From the NCBI GenBank assembly GCA_050249215.1, contig JBFWQX010000009.1, positions 36,368 to 100,367 of the forward strand: a stretch of 64,000 nt of DNA. The letters run 5' to 3'. The notes below the pieces were generated by a model. That model ran no database searches. It was not told the origin of the DNA and was given only the letters and a program-made list of their open reading frames with translations. Shown here piece by piece: positions 31,822-41,219 of this stretch; positions within the stretch are counted from its first letter, which is position 1; every line of letters starts with the position of its first letter. The DNA comes from Afipia sp. Lineage in GTDB: Bacteria > Pseudomonadota > Alphaproteobacteria > Rhizobiales > Xanthobacteraceae. The translations under genes and the position numbers were made by a program.

Positions 31822-32268
31822 AGGGGGCGTGGGCCAGAAAAAACCTCTTGGAATATCGGCCCGGAGCGACTACGTTCCGGCCACAACATCGGTTCAGGGC
31901 ATTGGCCCCCGTTCAGAAATGGCGGGTGGAAGCCGGAAATCCCGCGAGGGAGCCCACCGGGTGAAAGGTTCCAAAAAGGCTGGTCATGGCGAGCGCGAAG
32001 GCTGAAAGAGCTGCGCTGCTCGGGACCGCGAAGCGAACGAAAGCCTGATATTGCGCTTGTACACTCAACTGCAGAACATCGCGCCTGTTGGCTCAGGCTG
32101 ATCCGGCCCAATGGCTCATTGCCTTCGGGCATTTGGAGAACGCGTCCTTGTTGAACGCGACTTACGGCACTCACGGACTGACTTTTGACGGTATCGCCAC
32201 GCGCGCGACTGCTTCGCGCCGTGTCCGTACTTCCTTCACCTCGATTCAGAATCGGTAAAAGGCACCAC

Positions 32269-32979
32269 ATGAGAAACGGCCCGAACAACAACAAGCGCAT
32301 GCGCAGCCGGAACAACAACAATAATAACAATAACAACAACCGGCGCGGCCAGAACCCGATGACCCGGGTGTTCGAGTCGAACGGACCGGATATCAAGATT
32401 CGCGGAACCGCATCCCACATCGCGGAAAAGTACCTGCAGCTTGCGCGCGATGCGCGCTCCTCCGGCGATCCGGTCGCCGCCGAGAACTATTATCAGCACG
32501 CCGAGCACTATTTCCGCCTGATCGCCGCCGCGCAGGAACAGTTCCGCCAGAGCCAGCCGCAGCAACAGCAGCCGATGCAGCGGCCCGAGGGCGATTCGCT
32601 CGACGATAACGGCGACGACGCCGACGGCTATTCGAGCTTCGGCGCGGAGCCCGGCTTTGTGCCTCAGCAGCAGCAATTCCAGCCGCGTGAGCAGCAGCCC
32701 TATCCGCGCGAGCAGCAGCAGCCGCGCGAACAGAACTTCCGCGATCGTGACCGCGACAACCGGCAGCCGCCGCAGCCATCCGTACAGCCCGCGGAGAACG
32801 ATCACGTCGATCGCCTTCCATCGTTCATCACCGGCGGCGCACAGCCGCAGCCGAACGGCAACAACGGCGAGGAAGGCAGCCCTCGCGGCGAGCGCTTCGG
32901 TCATCGCCGCCGCCGCCGTCCGCCCGGTCCGCGCCCCGAGGGCGCAGCGCCGTCTCCGGCGGAAACCGCAGGCGAGTAA
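32269..32979 (+). CDS. DUF4167 domain protein with poly-Asn tract and Gln/Pro-rich repeats
   Basis: Start placed at ATG 32269: MRNGPNNNKRMRSRNNNNNNNNNNRRGQNPMTRVFESNGPDIKIRGTASHIAEKYLQLARDARSSGDPVAAENYYQHAEHYFR. This is the typical DUF4167 core. Confidence 0.8.
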   Translation: MRNGPNNNKRMRSRNNNNNNNNNNRRGQNPMTRVFESNGPDIKIRGTASHIAEKYLQLARDARSSGDPVAAENYYQHAEHYFRLIAAAQEQFRQSQPQQQQPMQRPEGDSLDDNGDDADGYSSFGAEPGFVPQQQQFQPREQQPYPREQQQPREQNFRDRDRDNRQPPQPSVQPAENDHVDRLPSFITGGAQPQPNGNNGEEGSPRGERFGHRRRRRPPGPRPEGAAPSPAETAGE

Positions 32980-33002
32980 GCCGCATCAATAGACCTCAAA
33001 AA

Positions 33003-33038
33003 GGCCCGCCCGAATCATTCTCCGGCGGGCCTTTTTTT
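33003..33038. terminator. bidirectional intrinsic terminator
   Basis: ggcccgcc (33003-33010) pairs with ggcgggcc (33024-33031). It is followed by T7 (33032-33038) and preceded by an A-run. It lies between the convergent DUF4167 gene and the methyltransferase gene. Confidence 0.75.
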
Positions 33039-33049
33039 GAAGCGTGAAG

Positions 33050-33805
33050 TCAACGGGTCACTGGATGATCGTCGCGCCGCGTTGGGGTCGGCACAAAGAC
33101 GGGCGGCATTGATGGAATCAGGCGCGTGCGTTCACGATGCGCCGGGATCGCGCGATAGACCTGCTTCGACGCCTCGACGATGTGGACACCTGCGAACGGC
33201 GATGACACCGCCGCGCTCATCCGCTCCCAGGCCATCGCCGAGCGCAGGACCCATCCATTCTGGAATGGCGGCACGAACAGCGCTTCGCCCCATGCGGTCG
33301 GCGTGAACCATGTCTGCCGCAGCAACTGCGTGATCTGCGAGCGTGAATAGGGACGGCCATGACCGAACGGCGTGCTGTCGGTCCGAGTCCAGACGCCGCG
33401 GCGATTTGGAATGATCGCCATCATCCGCCCCGAAGGCGCCAGCACACGCCATACCTCGCGCAGCAGCCCTTCGGGGTCGTCACATATTTCCAGCGCATGA
33501 ACCAGCAGAATGCGATCGACCGCCGCATCCGCCAGCGGCAGTGAAAACTGATCCACCAAGGTGGACAGCGTGGGCCGCGCCGTCGGCCATTTCAGCACGC
33601 CCTGCGCGGCGGGCATCAGCGCGATGCAGCGCTCGGCATCCTCGCGAAACAAGCCGAGATAGGGCGTCGGGTAGCCAAGCCCCGCCACGCGCAGGCCGTC
33701 CGCATGCGGCCAGTGCTGCTTGATGCCGCGATTGATCAGCCGCCGTGCCACCGTTCCAAGGCGCTGCGAATAGAAGTTGCGGAGGTCAATGACGTCGATG
33801 GTCAT
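33050..33805 (-). CDS. class I SAM-dependent methyltransferase
   Basis: 251-aa ORF with VDRILLVHALEICDDPEGLLREVWRVLAPSGRMMAIIPN. Divergent from gloB, as is common in alphaproteobacteria. Confidence 0.8.
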   Translation of the reverse strand: MTIDVIDLRNFYSQRLGTVARRLINRGIKQHWPHADGLRVAGLGYPTPYLGLFREDAERCIALMPAAQGVLKWPTARPTLSTLVDQFSLPLADAAVDRILLVHALEICDDPEGLLREVWRVLAPSGRMMAIIPNRRGVWTRTDSTPFGHGRPYSRSQITQLLRQTWFTPTAWGEALFVPPFQNGWVLRSAMAWERMSAAVSSPFAGVHIVEASKQVYRAIPAHRERTRLIPSMPPVFVPTPTRRDDHPVTR

Positions 33806-33933
33806 GGCTTCAATCTAGCACGAACGAGCAGCAGCGTGCAGCGGCTGCAAGGCCATTCCGCGCCAGCGTTAACGCATTTCACTCGTCATCGCAGGCGTGT
33901 TACCCTGAACCGCCCTCGATGAATGGAGATATC

Positions 33934-34701
33934 ATGGCTGCCGAGATTCGCGTGTTCCCCTGTCTGTCCGATAATTTCGGCTATCTCATTCACTATCCTG
34001 CCACTGGCGCCACTGCTTCAATCGACGCGCCCGAAGCCGCCCCGATCATCGCGGCGCTGGCGCGCGAAGGCTGGAAACTGACCGATATCCTGGTGACGCA
34101 TCACCATGCCGACCACGTCGGCGGCATCGTCGAACTCAAGACGAAGTACAAATGCCGCGTTGTCGCCCCCTTCGACAAGAAAGCGGCGATTCACGATGTC
34201 GACCTGCGTGTCAAGGAAGGCGAGACCGTCAAGGTCGGCAATCTGACAGCGCGGGTGCTGGAGACGCCGGGTCACACCCTCGACCACATCAGCTACATGT
34301 TCGATGACGATCGCGCGCTGTTCTGCGCCGATACACTGTTCTCGATCGGCTGCGGCCGCGTGTTCGAGGGCACCTATCCGATGATGTGGGAATCGCTGCT
34401 CAAGCTGCGCGCGCTGCCCAACGATACGCGGATTTATTGCGGCCACGAATACACCGCTTCCAACGTCAAGTTCGCGCTCGGCATCGAGCCGGACAATCCT
34501 GCGCTGAAGGCGCGCGCCGAGGAAGTGGCCAAGCTGCGCGCGGCGAACCAGCCGACGATCCCGACCCTGATGCGCGACGAAAAAGAAGCCAACACCTTCC
34601 TGCGCGCCGACGTGCCGTCGGTCGCGGCAGCACTCGGCATGACCGGCAAGAGCCCCGCCGATGTGTTCGGCGAAATTCGCGAACGCAAGAATAAATCGTA
34701 A
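33934..34701 (+). CDS. gloB: hydroxyacylglutathione hydrolase (glyoxalase II)
   Basis: Start placed at the second ATG, 33934, preceded by GGAG. Contains the metallo-beta-lactamase motif THHHADHVGG, TPGHTLDHISY and CGHEYT. Confidence 0.9.
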   Translation: MAAEIRVFPCLSDNFGYLIHYPATGATASIDAPEAAPIIAALAREGWKLTDILVTHHHADHVGGIVELKTKYKCRVVAPFDKKAAIHDVDLRVKEGETVKVGNLTARVLETPGHTLDHISYMFDDDRALFCADTLFSIGCGRVFEGTYPMMWESLLKLRALPNDTRIYCGHEYTASNVKFALGIEPDNPALKARAEEVAKLRAANQPTIPTLMRDEKEANTFLRADVPSVAAALGMTGKSPADVFGEIRERKNKS

Positions 34702-35138
34702 TGAGCGGTCTCTCCGCGCTCACGGCCAGCGAGATCATCGCGCGCCTCGGGCTGCAGCCGCATCCCGAGGGCGGGCACTATCGCGAGACCTTTCGCGACG
34801 CGCGCACCGTTGACGGCGGTCGCGCCGCCTCGACCGCGATTTATTTTCTGCTGGCGCGCGGAGAGCGGTCGCACTGGCACCGCGTCGATGCGGTGGAGAT
34901 CTGGCATTATCACGCGGGTGATGCGCTCGATCTGAAGATCGCGAACGACAGCGGCCAACGGACCATCCGGCTCGGCGCACATCTGGCGGCGGGCGAACAG
35001 CCGCAGGCCATCGTGCCGGCTCATGCCTGGCAGGCTGCCGCCAGCACCGGCGACTGGACGCTGGTCAGTTGCACCGTCGCGCCCGGATTCGATTTCAAAA
35101 CCTTCGAGCTTGCACCGCCGGGCTGGCGCCCGCGCTAG
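34701..35138 (+). CDS. cupin domain protein (DUF985)
   Basis: 145-aa ORF with LGLQPHPEGGHYRETFRD...STAIYFLL..GERSHWHRVDAVEIWHYHAGDAL. Confidence 0.8.
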   Translation: MSGLSALTASEIIARLGLQPHPEGGHYRETFRDARTVDGGRAASTAIYFLLARGERSHWHRVDAVEIWHYHAGDALDLKIANDSGQRTIRLGAHLAAGEQPQAIVPAHAWQAAASTGDWTLVSCTVAPGFDFKTFELAPPGWRPR

Positions 35139-35171
35139 CCTGATTTATCCTGACGGACATCGCGACATCCG

Positions 35172-35200
35172 CAATGTGCTCCCTCTCCCCACGGGAGAGG
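35172..35200. repeat. REP-like hairpin, CAATGTGCTCCCTCTCCC type
   Basis: caatgtgctccctctccccacgggagagg has the same head motif and hairpin as 12986-13015. Confidence 0.7.
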
Positions 35201-35244
35201 TAAACCGAACCATGCATCGCCCGCTTTAGGCCAAGTTGAGCACT

Positions 35245-36123
35245 CTAGGCCTTCGTCCGTCCGGCGATCATGTCCTTCGCTGCGATCAGCCCGCCGCCTG
35301 CAATCAAAGCCGCAGCGATGGCAAGTGTCGCTGTCGGCCTGGCAAAGCCTGCAAGGATGAGAAACGCGGTGGAGAGCACCGGCGTCGCGTAGGAGGCTGC
35401 GCCCAGCACGCGGATATCGCCGCGCTTCATGCCGATGTCCCAGACAAAGAATGCGATGCCGACCGGGCCGATCCCGAGCGCGAGAATAGCGAGCCATTGC
35501 ATCGTGGTCTCCGGCCAGATTGTCGCCTCCAGCGCGACGTGGCAGATCGCCGCGAGCGCCGCCGTCGCGAGGCAGAATCCCGCAACCGCGTCGGTCGGCA
35601 CCGCAGCGAGCTTGCGCGACATCACGGAATAACCGGCCCAGACGAAGGCGGCGACAAAGGCGGCGATGAACCCGGGAATATGCGCCGGGTCGGGCGCGGC
35701 GCTGCCATTGCCAACGAACAGAAGGATCGTGCCCGCGAAGCCGAGCGCCGCGCCGACAATGTGATGCGGCGCCAGCCGTTCGTCCGGCAGGAGCGACGAC
35801 AGCAAGACGATGAGAAGCGGCCAGAGATAGTTGAGCAGTCCCGCTTCAGCCGGAGGCGCAAGGCGCAGCGCCAGAAAATACAGCGCGTGATAGCCGAACA
35901 GACCACCGATCCCGACCAGCCATACCAACAAAGGTTGCCGCAGCGCGCGAATCGCCGATGGCCGCCACAACCATGTCAGCGGGCCGACGCAGGCGCCGAT
36001 GGCGAAGGTCATCGCAAGCAGTTGAAAGGGCGGAACGCGGCCCGTCGCGACGGTGAGCGCGGCGAGCAGCGACCACATCACAATGGCGGTGAGGCCGACA
36101 AGCGTAGCGGTGGAGGTCGTCAT
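35245..36123 (-). CDS. DMT superfamily (EamA-like) transporter
   Basis: 292-aa polytopic ORF with two EamA-type repeats (VMWSLLAALTV..., FVWAGYSVMSRKL...). Confidence 0.85.
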   Translation of the reverse strand: MTTSTATLVGLTAIVMWSLLAALTVATGRVPPFQLLAMTFAIGACVGPLTWLWRPSAIRALRQPLLVWLVGIGGLFGYHALYFLALRLAPPAEAGLLNYLWPLLIVLLSSLLPDERLAPHHIVGAALGFAGTILLFVGNGSAAPDPAHIPGFIAAFVAAFVWAGYSVMSRKLAAVPTDAVAGFCLATAALAAICHVALEATIWPETTMQWLAILALGIGPVGIAFFVWDIGMKRGDIRVLGAASYATPVLSTAFLILAGFARPTATLAIAAALIAGGGLIAAKDMIAGRTKA

Positions 36124-36196
36124 CGCGGATCAATGCCATTCAATCCGCGACGACGCTATAGTATTTGGCGAATTCCCGCTGCCGCGGGATCGCCCC

Positions 36197-36922
36197 TTAC
36201 TGCAGGTATTGTCCGCCGTTGATGGTCAGCGTCGAGCCGGTGACAAAACCGGCGTCGTCGGACGCGAGGAACACCACGCCGCGTGCGATTTCCTCGGGCT
36301 CGCCGAGGCGATTAGCCGGAATTTGCGGGATCACATTCTTTTCAAGCACATCCTTCGGCACCGCCTGCACCATTTCGGTGTTGATGTAACCCGGGCAGAT
36401 CGCGTTCACGGTGATGCCGCCGCGCGCGTTCTCCAGCGCAAGCGCCTTGGTGAAGCCGATATCGCCGGCCTTCGCCGCCGAATAGTTGACCTGGCCGAAC
36501 TGCCCCTTCTGGCCGTTGATCGAGGAAATGTTGATGATGCGCCCGAACTTGCGGCCGCGCATGCCCTCGATCACCTGACGGGTCATGTTGAACAGGGAGC
36601 CGAGATTGGTGTTCATCACCGCATTCCACTGGTCGAGCGACATCTTGTGGAATGGCACGTCCCGGGTGATGCCGGCGTTGTTGACCAGCACGTCGATCGG
36701 CCCAACCTCCGCCTCGACCTTTTTCACGCCGTCCGCGCAGGCGTCGAACGACGCGACGTCCCACTTGTAAACGGGAATGCCTGTCTCGGCCTTGAACTTC
36801 GCCGCGGCGTCGTCGTTGCCGGCATAACTTGCCGCAACCTTGTAGCCGGCAGCCTTCAAAGCCTTGCTGATCGCAGCTCCGATGCCGCGCGTTCCGCCTG
36901 TAACCAATGCCACGCGTGCCAT
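36197..36922 (-). CDS. phbB: acetoacetyl-CoA reductase (SDR)
   Basis: 241-aa ORF with ALVTGGTRGIGAAI, NNAGITRD, YSAAKAG and GITVNAICPGYI. Lies adjacent to phbA and phaR. Confidence 0.93.
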   Translation of the reverse strand: MARVALVTGGTRGIGAAISKALKAAGYKVAASYAGNDDAAAKFKAETGIPVYKWDVASFDACADGVKKVEAEVGPIDVLVNNAGITRDVPFHKMSLDQWNAVMNTNLGSLFNMTRQVIEGMRGRKFGRIINISSINGQKGQFGQVNYSAAKAGDIGFTKALALENARGGITVNAICPGYINTEMVQAVPKDVLEKNVIPQIPANRLGEPEEIARGVVFLASDDAGFVTGSTLTINGGQYLQ

Positions 36923-37060
36923 ATCAGGTATTCCCTCCGAACTTCAGTGACGTGTTTTTGGACGGCAAGTATTCAGGCCATTTGCAATAACAGCAAGAAA
37001 AAATGCCCGGCAAACTGCCGGGCATTTTGTTTTTGTATTGTGCAGTGCGTTCAGACGGTT

Positions 37061-38242
37061 CTAGCGCTCAACGCAGAGTGCAATGCCCATGCCGCCGCCG
37101 ATGCACAGCGTGGCGAGGCCCTTCTTGGAATCGCGCTTCTGCATTTCATGCAGCAGTGTGACAAGCACGCGCGCGCCCGATGCGCCGACCGGATGACCGA
37201 TGGCGATCGCGCCGCCATTGACGTTGACCTTCGACGTATCCCAGCCGAGATCCTTGTTCACGGCGCAGGCCTGCGCGGCGAAGGCTTCGTTGGCTTCGAT
37301 CAGGTCGAGGTCGGCGATATTCCAGCCGGCCTTCTTGAGCGCGGCACGCGACGCCGGAATCGGTCCGGTGCCCATGATCTTGGGATCGACGCCGGCCTGC
37401 CCCCACGACGCGATGCGGGCCAGCACGGTGCGGCCTTCCTTGGCGGCCTGCTTGGCGCTCATCAGCACCAGCGCAGCGGCGCCGTCGTTGATGCCCGAGG
37501 CGCTGCCGGCAGTCACGGTGCCTTCCTTCTCGAAAGCAGGCTTCAGCTTGGCCATGGCGTCGAGCGTCGCGCCGTGGCGCGGATACTCATCGGTGTCCAC
37601 CACAACATCGCCCTTGCGGGTCTTGATGGTGAAAGGGGCGATCTCGTCCTTGAACTTGCCGGCCTTCTGCGCGGCTTCCGCCTTCTGCTGCGAGCCGACG
37701 GCGAACTCGTCCTGCTGCTGACGGGTGATCTGATACTGCCGCGCCACGTTCTCGGCGGTGTTGCCCATGTGGTAACCGTTGAAGGCATCCCACAAACCGT
37801 CCTTGATCATGGTGTCGATGAACTCGACGCCGCCCATCTTGACGCCGCCGCGCAGATACTGGGCATGAGGCGCCATGCTCATGGATTCCTGGCCGCCGGC
37901 GACCACGATGTCCGAGTCCCCGTTGAGGATCGCCTGGTAACCGAGCGCGACCGTGCGCAGGCCCGAGCCGCACAACTGGTTGACGCCCCAGGCCGGGCTC
38001 TCCACCGGAATGCCGGCCTTGATCGACGCCTGCCGGGCGGGGTTCTGGCCCTGCGCAGCGGTCAGGATCTGCCCCATGATGACTTCTGAGACGCGCTCCG
38101 GCTCAACCCCGGCGCGCGCCAGCGCGGCCTGGATGGCCACCGCGCCGAGATCGTGGGCGGGCGTATTGGCAAATACGCCGTTGAAAGAGCCAACCGCGGT
38201 GCGGGCAGCGCTGACGATGACGACATCGTCTGACATGGACAT
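37061..38242 (-). CDS. phbA: acetyl-CoA acetyltransferase (beta-ketothiolase)
   Basis: 393-aa ORF with [12 protein letters not shown] (active-site Cys), [17 protein letters not shown] and CIGGGMG. Confidence 0.95.
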   Translation of the reverse strand: MSMSDDVVIVSAARTAVGSFNGVFANTPAHDLGAVAIQAALARAGVEPERVSEVIMGQILTAAQGQNPARQASIKAGIPVESPAWGVNQLCGSGLRTVALGYQAILNGDSDIVVAGGQESMSMAPHAQYLRGGVKMGGVEFIDTMIKDGLWDAFNGYHMGNTAENVARQYQITRQQQDEFAVGSQQKAEAAQKAGKFKDEIAPFTIKTRKGDVVVDTDEYPRHGATLDAMAKLKPAFEKEGTVTAGSASGINDGAAALVLMSAKQAAKEGRTVLARIASWGQAGVDPKIMGTGPIPASRAALKKAGWNIADLDLIEANEAFAAQACAVNKDLGWDTSKVNVNGGAIAIGHPVGASGARVLVTLLHEMQKRDSKKGLATLCIGGGMGIALCVER

Positions 38243-38538
38243 CTCCTGATATTAGAAGTCGAGGGGACCTTATGAGGCCGCGGGGAAGCCGCCGGACGCC
38301 CGGCTGGCCTTGGGCGTATCCTGTTAACCTAGCCCCGCCCTGTCAATCGGCCAAAGGGCATTCTGGCCGCCCCATGGCTTCCCCTTGGGCAGTTCCGCCA
38401 CCCGGTCCTGCCCCGACATTAACCGTCCTGCACAAAACGGTAGCCGTACCCGCCTGAAAGTGCTTAGTTTATTGCGATGCATTGTTTGCACTGCCCCCGG
38501 CGCCGTCCGCTGGCTTCCCTCATCTAGGTAGTGAGTCC

Positions 38539-39138
38539 ATGGCAAAATCCGACCAGCCGATTACGATCAAGAAGTACGCCAACCGGCGCCTCTACAACAC
38601 CGGCACCAGCACCTACGTCACACTCGAGGATCTGGCCGCCATGGTGAAGGATGGCGAAGACTTCCTTGTCTATGATGCGAAGACCGGTGACGACATCACC
38701 CGTTCGGTGCTGGCCCAGATTATTTTCGAGCAGGAAAACAAGGCAGGCCAGAACCTGCTGCCCACCACGTTCCTGCGCCAGTTGATCCGCTTCTACGGCG
38801 ACAGCATGCAGATGGTGGTGCCGAAGTATCTCGAACAATCCATCGAGACGTTGACGCGCGAACAGGAAAAGTTCCGCAAGCAGATGACAAACACGTTCAG
38901 CAACACGCCGTTCGCGCCGCTGGAAGAACACGTCCGCCGCAACATGGAAATGTTCGAGCGCACCTTCGCGATGTTCAAGCCGTTCGGCGCGCCGCTGCGC
39001 AAGGACACACCGTCATCCGAATCGCCTCCGACGGCGAACGAACCGGCCGAGGCCGACATCGACGATCTCAAGCGTCAGATGAAGGAGATGCAGGATCGTC
39101 TTGAGCGGATGTCGCGCGAAACCGAGAGCAAGGGCTAG
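38539..39138 (+). CDS. phaR: polyhydroxyalkanoate synthesis repressor PhaR
   Basis: Start placed at ATG 38539: MAKSDQPITIKKYANRRLYNTGTSTYVTLEDLAAMVKDGEDFLVYDAKTGDDITRSVLAQIIFEQE. Confidence 0.9.
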   Translation: MAKSDQPITIKKYANRRLYNTGTSTYVTLEDLAAMVKDGEDFLVYDAKTGDDITRSVLAQIIFEQENKAGQNLLPTTFLRQLIRFYGDSMQMVVPKYLEQSIETLTREQEKFRKQMTNTFSNTPFAPLEEHVRRNMEMFERTFAMFKPFGAPLRKDTPSSESPPTANEPAEADIDDLKRQMKEMQDRLERMSRETESKG

Positions 39139-39172
39139 GCCTAAAGGCCAGTCTCGCTCTGAGAATCTTTTT

Positions 39173-39204
39173 TGCGGCGGCAGATTTGCCGCCGCATTTT
39201 ATTT
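39173..39204 (+). terminator. intrinsic terminator after phaR
   Basis: tgcggcggca (39173-39182) pairs with tgccgccgca (39187-39196) and is followed by TTTTATTT. Confidence 0.65.
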
Positions 39205-39213
39205 AAGGGTTGT

Positions 39214-40998
39214 TTAGTCGCCCGCCGCGGCGGCAATCGGCTTCGCGCCCTGCAGCGGCGTGCTTGCACCCGCCGCCCATGGCTTGGTCAGAGACGCAAG
39301 TCCTGTCAGCCGGCCCTGGATGTAATCGCATCCCCATCCCTGCAGCAGCGCGGCGGATTCATCATCCTGCACCCATTCGGCAACGGTCTTGATACCAAGC
39401 CGGTGTGCGAGGTCGATCAGCGTCTGTACAAAGGCGCGGTCATCAGCGGAGCGCGCGATGTTCTGCACGAAGGCGCCGTCGATCTTCACAATATCCACGC
39501 CCAGTTTCCGCAGATTGCGGAATGACGTATAGCCCGCGCCGAAATCGTCGATGGCTATGCGGCTGCCGAAATTCTTCAGCCGCGTGACAAAGCCGCGAAC
39601 GTCGTCCAGATCCTGAATGGCGACCGTCTCGGTGATTTCCACAATCAGCCGTTCGGCGACGCCGGGATGAGTCCGCATCAGGGATTCGATGCTGGCCCAC
39701 CAGTCCGGATCCATGGTCGTGTCGGGCGAGATGTTGAGGCTGAGTTGCGCCTGCGGCGCTTCCGCAAGTTCCGCAACCACAAGCTCGAGCACACGGTGAT
39801 CCACCAGCCGGATCAGGCCGAGCTTTTCGGCCACCGGAACGATGTCCGGCGACAGCGAGTACTCGCCGTCTTCCTGCCGCATCCGCACCAGGCATTCGTG
39901 GAAGGCCGGCTGGCGCGAGACCGTGGACACGACCGGCTCATAGGCCATCACGATCCGGCGCTCGTTCAGAGCGGTGACGATCTCGTCGGTGACGCGGATG
40001 TTGACGCGGCGCTGCGCCTCGCGCTCGACATTCGGCCGCCACACCATCAGCGTGCCGCGCCGCCGCGCCTTGGCGAGATCGAGCGCCTCCTGCGTCCGGC
40101 TCATCGCCTCTTCCGCCGTGCTGGCGTGGCGCAGCGCATTGATCGCGCCGATCGACGCGGTCAGCGCCACCGGGCCGGAGCGTGTCGGCACCACCTCATC
40201 GCGGATGCCCGCGAGAAACCGTTCCGCGGCGACGTGCATATCGTCAACCGAGCAGTTCTTCAGGATCAGCCCGAACTTGTTGCCCGAGAAGCGGCCGATC
40301 ACATCTCCCCCGCGCAGCCGCGCACGAATGCGCGTAGCGACTTCGAGAATGACCTGATCGGCGACCTCGTATCCGAATGCGTCATTGATCTGGGCAAGAT
40401 GGTCGATTCCGACCAGCATGAATGCGAAGGACGAACGGAAACGGCTGGCTTCCTCGATCGCCTCGGCGAGCGCGGCAATGAGGCGCGTACGGTTGAGCGT
40501 GCCGGTGAGCGGGTCGTCCTGCGACAGTTTCTGCAGTTGTTCGTCGCGAGCATGACGCTCGTTGTTGATGCGGACGATGCCGCGCACCAGCGCCGGCTTT
40601 CCATCCGCGCCGGCGAACCAGCGGCCGCACTCGTCGATCCAGAGCACCGGCGCGGACGTACTGGCGCGGACCCCGTATTCAATCTGGTAGGGCACGCCCT
40701 CGCCGCTGTCGGCAGCGGTCGCGTTCAGGACCGCATCGTTGCGGATGCTGCGCGAGGGCTCGATCAGCTTGGAGAACTCGCCCGCCTTCGTCAGGGCCGA
40801 AGGCGGAATGTCCCGAAGAACGGCGGCGGCATTGCCGCTCCAGCGCAGCGTGTCGCTGGCGATGTCCCATGAAAAGCTCGCCTGACCGAGGGTGGCCAGA
40901 AGATCGTTCTCGGCAGGATTCATACCAAGGGAGACCGGGCCGCTGGATGCGACAGAGCCGGGCAATGACGACGAGGCCGGGACAGGTGCGATTGTCAA
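39214..40998 (-). CDS. PAS - degenerate GGDEF - EAL signalling protein (probable c-di-GMP phosphodiesterase)
   Basis: 594-aa ORF with a TTG start at 40998 preceded by GAGG. The GGDEF domain reads LTGTLNRTRL...RGGDVIGRFSGNKFGLIL, so the motif is SGNKF. The EAL domain carries ECLVRM, EITE, DDFGAGYTSF and KIDGAF. Confidence 0.9.
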   Translation of the reverse strand: MTIAPVPASSSLPGSVASSGPVSLGMNPAENDLLATLGQASFSWDIASDTLRWSGNAAAVLRDIPPSALTKAGEFSKLIEPSRSIRNDAVLNATAADSGEGVPYQIEYGVRASTSAPVLWIDECGRWFAGADGKPALVRGIVRINNERHARDEQLQKLSQDDPLTGTLNRTRLIAALAEAIEEASRFRSSFAFMLVGIDHLAQINDAFGYEVADQVILEVATRIRARLRGGDVIGRFSGNKFGLILKNCSVDDMHVAAERFLAGIRDEVVPTRSGPVALTASIGAINALRHASTAEEAMSRTQEALDLAKARRRGTLMVWRPNVEREAQRRVNIRVTDEIVTALNERRIVMAYEPVVSTVSRQPAFHECLVRMRQEDGEYSLSPDIVPVAEKLGLIRLVDHRVLELVVAELAEAPQAQLSLNISPDTTMDPDWWASIESLMRTHPGVAERLIVEITETVAIQDLDDVRGFVTRLKNFGSRIAIDDFGAGYTSFRNLRKLGVDIVKIDGAFVQNIARSADDRAFVQTLIDLAHRLGIKTVAEWVQDDESAALLQGWGCDYIQGRLTGLASLTKPWAAGASTPLQGAKPIAAAAGD

Positions 40999-41219
40999 AG
41001 GTGCCTCGTTCTGAGACGGCGTGAATGATTCGCTGGACCCAGAGTAGTGGTCCGGCGCCGCATCAGCCTAGGCCCATTTCCTGAACAATCCGCCAAAGCG
41101 CTTTGTTTCCAATATCCGCAAACTGGTAACGTGTTGCCAACGATGTCCGGCACGGCCCTTGCGATGTCTTGTGAAGAAGACGCATAGCGTCCCAAAATGA
41201 GACAGGCGAGGCGCCCGCA

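Noticed and set aside
31818-32420. 200-aa minus-strand ORF overlapping the start of the DUF4167 gene
   Set aside because: Its poly-Leu stretch is simply the antisense of the poly-Asn codons. It has no recognisable motifs and overlaps a well-supported gene start.
36053-38089. 678-aa ORF spanning the antisense of both phbB and phbA
   Set aside because: It crosses the phbB-phbA intergenic spacer and lies opposite two highly recognisable enzymes. It is a shadow ORF of a high-GC region.
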